DNA of 64,000 nucleotides from Escherichia coli 042 (GTDB lineage Bacteria; Pseudomonadota; Gammaproteobacteria; Enterobacterales; Enterobacteriaceae): NCBI RefSeq assembly GCF_000027125.1, contig NC_017626.1; one strand, 5' to 3'. Shown piece by piece: positions 59,787 to 64,000 of this stretch (position 1 is its first letter; each line of letters starts with the position of its first letter). The notes under the pieces were generated by a model. It saw only the letters and a program-made list of their open reading frames with translations, ran no database searches and was not told where the DNA came from. The position numbers and the translations under genes were made by a program.

Positions 59787-60146
59787 TTAGCTCATACTAA
59801 AAAGTAATGCTTGAGTATGTACATATCTCATTTCATGCATAACTTTATCCATATCAACATAAATCAGTCTTTCTCTTTTACCTGCCTCTTCCATATGTTT
59901 ATCAAAGCGCTTTTCCAGATATTCTTTAACATGCAAAAGATATGATTCAGTTCTATTACTATCTAACATTATGGCTTCCAATACCTCATACTCTTCCTGC
60001 TCTTTATATATACGTATTCCTGTGATATAAAGATTCTTCGCCATAGCAGTAAAAACTTTAGTTGATGAGTCCTTAATGTTATTTAGTTCTTCAGTATTCA
60101 TATAGTTACTCCATATTTTTTGATATATAGCCCCCTGCATTTTCAT
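59787..60146 (-). CDS. Hypothetical protein (119 aa)
   Basis: ORF in the small-gene cluster; followed by hairpin gccccttccggggc. Confidence 0.5.
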   Translation of the reverse strand: MKMQGAIYQKIWSNYMNTEELNNIKDSSTKVFTAMAKNLYITGIRIYKEQEEYEVLEAIMLDSNRTESYLLHVKEYLEKRFDKHMEEAGKRERLIYVDMDKVMHEMRYVHTQALLFSMS

Positions 60147-60280
60147 GCATTATTTTGAGAGCAGCTTATTTTTTCGTTTTATTATGATGATAAGTTCGAT
60201 TGTGTTTACATATGACCTCCCACGTTTATATTTTTAGTTAATAGACTAACCAGCTACCGAAACCATTATTATTTTGATTT

Positions 60281-60514
60281 TTATGCTACTTTATTACGTG
60301 ATAAAGTAATCTTTTCATCAATCCACTTATCTATATCACTCTCTAAGAATGCTATTGCTCTTTCACCAAGTTTTATTGGCGATGGGAATTCATTACGACT
60401 AATCAAACGATAAATCCACGCTTTACATAAACCAGTACGATTTAATACTTCTGGTAAACGAATAAGTCTTTTACTGTTTGATACTACATTAGTATTCATC
60501 TTTATCTCCTTCAC
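60281..60514 (-). CDS. AlpA-family transcriptional regulator (prophage/island excision-type regulator)
   Basis: 77 aa; LIRLPEVLNRTGLCKAWIYRLISRNEFPSPIKLGERAIAFLESDIDKWI matches the AlpA-type HTH signature. Confidence 0.8.
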   Translation of the reverse strand: MKEIKMNTNVVSNSKRLIRLPEVLNRTGLCKAWIYRLISRNEFPSPIKLGERAIAFLESDIDKWIDEKITLSRNKVA

Positions 60515-60654
60515 GTTGTTCTCGATAGAGATAATTATCGTATTTTTTCTAGGAGCTAACTAGGGGTGTTCAGGCGAGAGATTTTAACGCTAAAGTGAGT
60601 TTTGATGAGTTTCGGGGAAGTTCAACCGGAGTGAAGTTCCCCATTTTTTGCTTT

Positions 60655-61521
60655 TTACTTTTCTTGTTCTTCTTGCTCGTCTTCGGGTAAGTAGTAGTTG
60701 ATGAAACTCCACACTTTCCAATCCCTGTCAGAGTCGTATTTAACTATAAAATCGCCTAACGATTTGATGTAGCTCTGGTTGGTCATAAAACCTACAGCCA
60801 AAGGATAATCAGTATCTTTTACCATGCCTTCACTGCGGTTATTTTCACTAATCAGATGAGGGTAAAGCAACCTCGTCAGCAGCGCTATACCAATTTTGGT
60901 GTTGTTCTTTTTCTCCCAGAACATGAGATCAAACATCGGTATAAGATTATATTTCATAACTTTTTTGATCGTACCGACCCCAAAACGATAACCTCTTTCT
61001 TCATGGGGCCTCACCTTAAGCTCCTTCTTCCATCGCGGTATCATCGTTTTCAGATGCTCAATGATGTCTTCTGTAGAAGCCTCTGAGAGATGAATTTCAA
61101 CAAACATGACATCTTTACTGATGCCCGCTTGATTAAGGTATTGCGAAAGCTGCCTTGACCTCTTAGCCTCTTCTTGCGGGCCAATAAGTCTATTCACCAT
61201 ATCAACAGCCCCAATAACATCTTTCGCACCAGCAATAGTCAGTGGATTTGCTATGTAGCTTGATGAAAGGATTTCTTCTGGCTTGTCAATTTTAGCGTCC
61301 TCATTAAAGAGGACTTGCCCGGACTGTATCTTCTGCTCATGATCATCAACAAGAGCTTTAAGTTGGGGTTTAAGCGAATCGTATTGGGTGAGCAGATTGT
61401 AAGCAAGAACACGTCTTTCTACTTCTATGTATATCTGTTCAACCGTCAGCTCGTTCAGCACATTATACTTGTCAACGTCGAACCATTTAGTCACTACCTT
61501 TACTATTTCTGTTCTCGTCAT
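60655..61521 (-). CDS. YfjJ/YagK-like (inovirus Gp2-like) island protein
   Basis: 288-aa ORF; size, acidic C-terminal tail and position next to alpA resemble the recalled YfjJ/YagK family; assignment from memory. Confidence 0.45.
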   Translation of the reverse strand: MTRTEIVKVVTKWFDVDKYNVLNELTVEQIYIEVERRVLAYNLLTQYDSLKPQLKALVDDHEQKIQSGQVLFNEDAKIDKPEEILSSSYIANPLTIAGAKDVIGAVDMVNRLIGPQEEAKRSRQLSQYLNQAGISKDVMFVEIHLSEASTEDIIEHLKTMIPRWKKELKVRPHEERGYRFGVGTIKKVMKYNLIPMFDLMFWEKKNNTKIGIALLTRLLYPHLISENNRSEGMVKDTDYPLAVGFMTNQSYIKSLGDFIVKYDSDRDWKVWSFINYYLPEDEQEEQEK

Positions 61522-61889
61522 TTTTTCCTCAACTCATTCACAGCAATTTGCGGAAGCGTCAATACTGACTTAAGACTTACTTCAATTCGACTGATGATTG
61601 CTTCTCGTGGGCCACTACGCCAACCCGCACTTGCGTAGAAATCATCAAGAATGCTTTTCATCTGTTCTTCACTTTCAAAAGCCCGTATGAGGTAGTAGCT
61701 GTCAGCATCGTGCAGAGAGTTTCCATACGCAACCACATCTATACCGTTCCGGGTATGAAGTGGAACACTGACTTCATACATGATCTGATGGAACTCCTCA
61801 CCAGAATCTTTTTTCAGGGTGTATTGTAGTATTTCGACGATCCTATCCTTCATACCTTCTCCATCAATGACCATGAGAAACTGTTTCAA
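61518..61889 (-). CDS. Hypothetical protein (123 aa)
   Basis: ORF whose stop overlaps the start of the downstream gene by 4 bp (ATGA). Confidence 0.5.
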   Translation of the reverse strand: MKQFLMVIDGEGMKDRIVEILQYTLKKDSGEEFHQIMYEVSVPLHTRNGIDVVAYGNSLHDADSYYLIRAFESEEQMKSILDDFYASAGWRSGPREAIISRIEVSLKSVLTLPQIAVNELRKK

Positions 61890-62247
61890 TGACGCTAACG
61901 CATTCGGTAGGTTAAATGAAGAAAAGCTGACGCAGAGGATGTGAGTTCAACTTCGAGTAGGTAGCTGAACTGTTGAATGTGTTATCTTTCAGCATTGTTT
62001 GACGTCAAACGTTCAGCAGTTTCGCTAAATGGTTCCACAATTGAACCCTTAATTAAAAATTAAATCAAAATTCCAATATAAATCAATTTATTAAAGCACT
62101 AATTACAGGGACGCCAGCCAATCATGATTGGACGGTGCAAGGACAACACCAACAAAAACAGGAAGTTAGAAGTCTCAGCAAGACACCGACCAGACGGTGA
62201 GGAGACATAAAAGGATACGCAAAGGAGCCGCGGCTCCTGGTGATATG

Positions 62248-62271
62248 AAAGCCCACAGATGTGGGCTTTTT
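62248..62271 (+). terminator. Plus-strand rho-independent terminator with no upstream plus-strand ORF
   Basis: Hairpin aaagcccacagatgtgggcttt followed by ttttt on the plus strand; on the minus strand the hairpin is not followed by a T-run. Confidence 0.55.
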
Positions 62272-62280
62272 CGTTGATGG

Positions 62281-64000
62281 TTAGAACGACCAGTTCACAC
62301 CAGCTACCGCGTTCCACGGGGATTCCACACCGGCACCATGGCTATACCCCACCCCGAGATGCCCGCTTAATGAACTGCTGAATGAGGCTTTAATACCTGC
62401 CTGGTATATTCCACGTCTGCCCGACAAATCATTGACAAAATTACCGTCATTATTCACTTTCACCCGGTTATCATCGACAAATTCTTTGCGCACAGCCGCC
62501 TTCAGCCACGGCTCAACTTCCATACCGTTCCCCAGACGCATGTTGTAACTCAGCGTTGCGCCCAGTTCACGATATATACTGCGGGTATCGACTGATTTCG
62601 ATTCCATGCCATTGGATAAATGATATTCGGGGTTATCAGCGGTGAACCCCGTTAACGATGCATACGGCGTCAGGTTCCAGTTACCATCGGTAAATCGCAT
62701 CCCGGTTTCAATGTGACCGCCCAGCCCGTTGCTGCGATAACTGCCGTTGGCGGCTCCACCGCTGCTCATTTTACCGGCTACGTTACTTTCAAAACGGTTC
62801 AGCTTCACGATACCGTCCAGATAGAAACCACTTTCATGTTCCCAACTGGCATAGCCGCCCAGAGAATAACTGCCCACACTGCCATGTCCTCCGCGATCAA
62901 AACCGATATGTGAATGGGAATAACCCATAAAAGCGCCCAGCGTGGCAATTCCTTCAGGAATATCATTACGGCTGTCGATCCCCACGGTCATTCCGGTCAG
63001 CGTCTGCTCAAACCCGGCACCCGCATCGGTGGTGACATTATTACGGGTGTTATACGTCGCCCCCCAGACATTATTGTTGTGTGGACTCGCTTTCATTATG
63101 TTCAACCGCTCGCGAATACTGTTTAGCTCAGCATCAAATACCAACGGTAATGTTGCTGCCATATTGAGTACGGCTGCCGTAGAAGGCGTGATGCGTTTCT
63201 CCGGGACGGGTGTCGGCGTTGGATCGGGAGTCGGGTCTGGTTTCGGATCCGGTTTTGGGTCTGGTTTTGGATCCGGTTTCGGATTTGGGTTGGGGTCCGG
63301 GTTGGGTTTGACATCATTGGTCAGGTTCCAGTTGCTGTTGCCGTCGCTTTTCAGGACATACTCATAGGTCCCAAGATCAACGAAACCGCCGGTATTACCC
63401 AGCGTAAACGAAGCATCCCCTCCCCCTGTTTTCACCAGCGTCATCGCGTCGTCAGACTGAGGGCTGACGCCGGTATCCTGAACAAAGATTTTAAAATTAC
63501 CAGTGGCGTTGTTGTTGACGACCAGTTGATCGCCCCGGGAGCCTGCAACGTTGGTATGCAGGTAGAAATTACCGCTGCCGGAAAGTTCACTGGTGGTCAG
63601 CGTATTGTAGATACCGTTAGTTGTGGCAGGCGCTGCTGTTTGTGCTGATAAATAAACATCACCGTCGTTGAGAAGCAAACTGTTTACTCTATATTCGCAG
63701 TTGCTGGTGCCTGCACAGGAATTATTGCTGTTAAGCCAGACACTGCCCCGGCTGGCAGCCGTCAGGTCGGCAAGCGTCGTATCGACGCCATTTCCGATAG
63801 TTAATGTCGCGCTATCGGTAATCCGGACCACCCCTTCAAGTTTAACTGGCGTAACATTATCCCGTGGCGTCATTAACGACAGGCTTCCTGTCGCGCCACT
63901 GACCGATGCATCCGCCAGCGTACCTGCGTAGACGATTGCCGTCCCGCCAGCGATCAGTAGATCTTCTGCCCGGGCCAGAGCCTGAAACTCATCTTTTGAC
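62281..64000 (-). CDS. Autotransporter (type Va) adhesin-like protein, C-terminal part; N-terminus beyond the window
   Basis: Frame open to position 64000; Pro-rich linker PNPDPNPNPKPDPKPDPKPDP; C-terminal beta-barrel domain ending ...AGVNWSF (aromatic terminal residue). Confidence 0.8.
   Translation of the reverse strand, partial: SKDEFQALARAEDLLIAGGTAIVYAGTLADASVSGATGSLSLMTPRDNVTPVKLEGVVRITDSATLTIGNGVDTTLADLTAASRGSVWLNSNNSCAGTSNCEYRVNSLLLNDGDVYLSAQTAAPATTNGIYNTLTTSELSGSGNFYLHTNVAGSRGDQLVVNNNATGNFKIFVQDTGVSPQSDDAMTLVKTGGGDASFTLGNTGGFVDLGTYEYVLKSDGNSNWNLTNDVKPNPDPNPNPKPDPKPDPKPDPKPDPTPDPTPTPVPEKRITPSTAAVLNMAATLPLVFDAELNSIRERLNIMKASPHNNNVWGATYNTRNNVTTDAGAGFEQTLTGMTVGIDSRNDIPEGIATLGAFMGYSHSHIGFDRGGHGSVGSYSLGGYASWEHESGFYLDGIVKLNRFESNVAGKMSSGGAANGSYRSNGLGGHIETGMRFTDGNWNLTPYASLTGFTADNPEYHLSNGMESKSVDTRSIYRELGATLSYNMRLGNGMEVEPWLKAAVRKEFVDDNRVKVNNDGNFVNDLSGRRGIYQAGIKASFSSSLSGHLGVGYSHGAGVESPWNAVAGVNWSF

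Larger units (their letters stand above)
35747..64000. mobile_element. Genomic island integrated at the 3' end of ssrA; right end beyond the window
   Basis: P4-type integrase gene directly 3' of ssrA; abrupt shift to AT-rich sequence; mobility, RM, H-NS-like and AlpA genes; no core synteny. Confidence 0.8.

Noticed and set aside
62099-62317. 72-aa minus-strand ORF between the 123-aa gene and the autotransporter
   Set aside because: It overlaps the autotransporter stop and a plus-oriented terminator; no SD; Cys- and Leu-rich translation typical of a random frame.

Overview
Enterobacterial (Escherichia coli-like) chromosome in two parts. Positions 1-35746 are conserved core: patZ (5' partial), pssA, yfiM, kgtP, a complete minus-strand rRNA operon (16S, tRNA-Glu, 23S, 5S; position matches rrnG) with P1/P2 promoters, clpB, pgeF, rluD, bamD, raiA, pheL-pheA, tyrA, aroF, yfiL, yfiR-dgcN-yfiB, rplS-trmD-rimM-rpsP, ffh, ypjD, yfjD, grpE, nadK, recN, bamE, ratB-ratA, smpB and ssrA (tmRNA). 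From 35747 to the window end lies a visibly AT-rich genomic island inserted at the ssrA 3' end, which is not the CP4-57 content that E. coli K-12 carries at this site; its right boundary is outside the window. The island encodes a P4-type integrase, a candidate restriction-modification/defence cluster, a MobA/MobL-type relaxase with a TraD-like accessory gene and an inverted-repeat cluster that is a candidate oriT, a full-length H-NS paralogue plus a truncated H-NST-like protein, two winged-helix (Rep-like) genes each preceded by repeat arrays (one a classic set of four 21-bp iterons), an AlpA-like regulator, a YfjJ/YagK-like protein and a partial autotransporter. The strongest candidate for an undescribed system is a three-gene envelope module (50325-55150) centred on an 886-aa polytopic membrane protein, with no ATPase or known secretion component nearby. 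All product calls rest on reading the translations and recalled family motifs; no database search or computation was run. Core gene starts were trimmed from the ORF track where the track began at an upstream in-frame codon.
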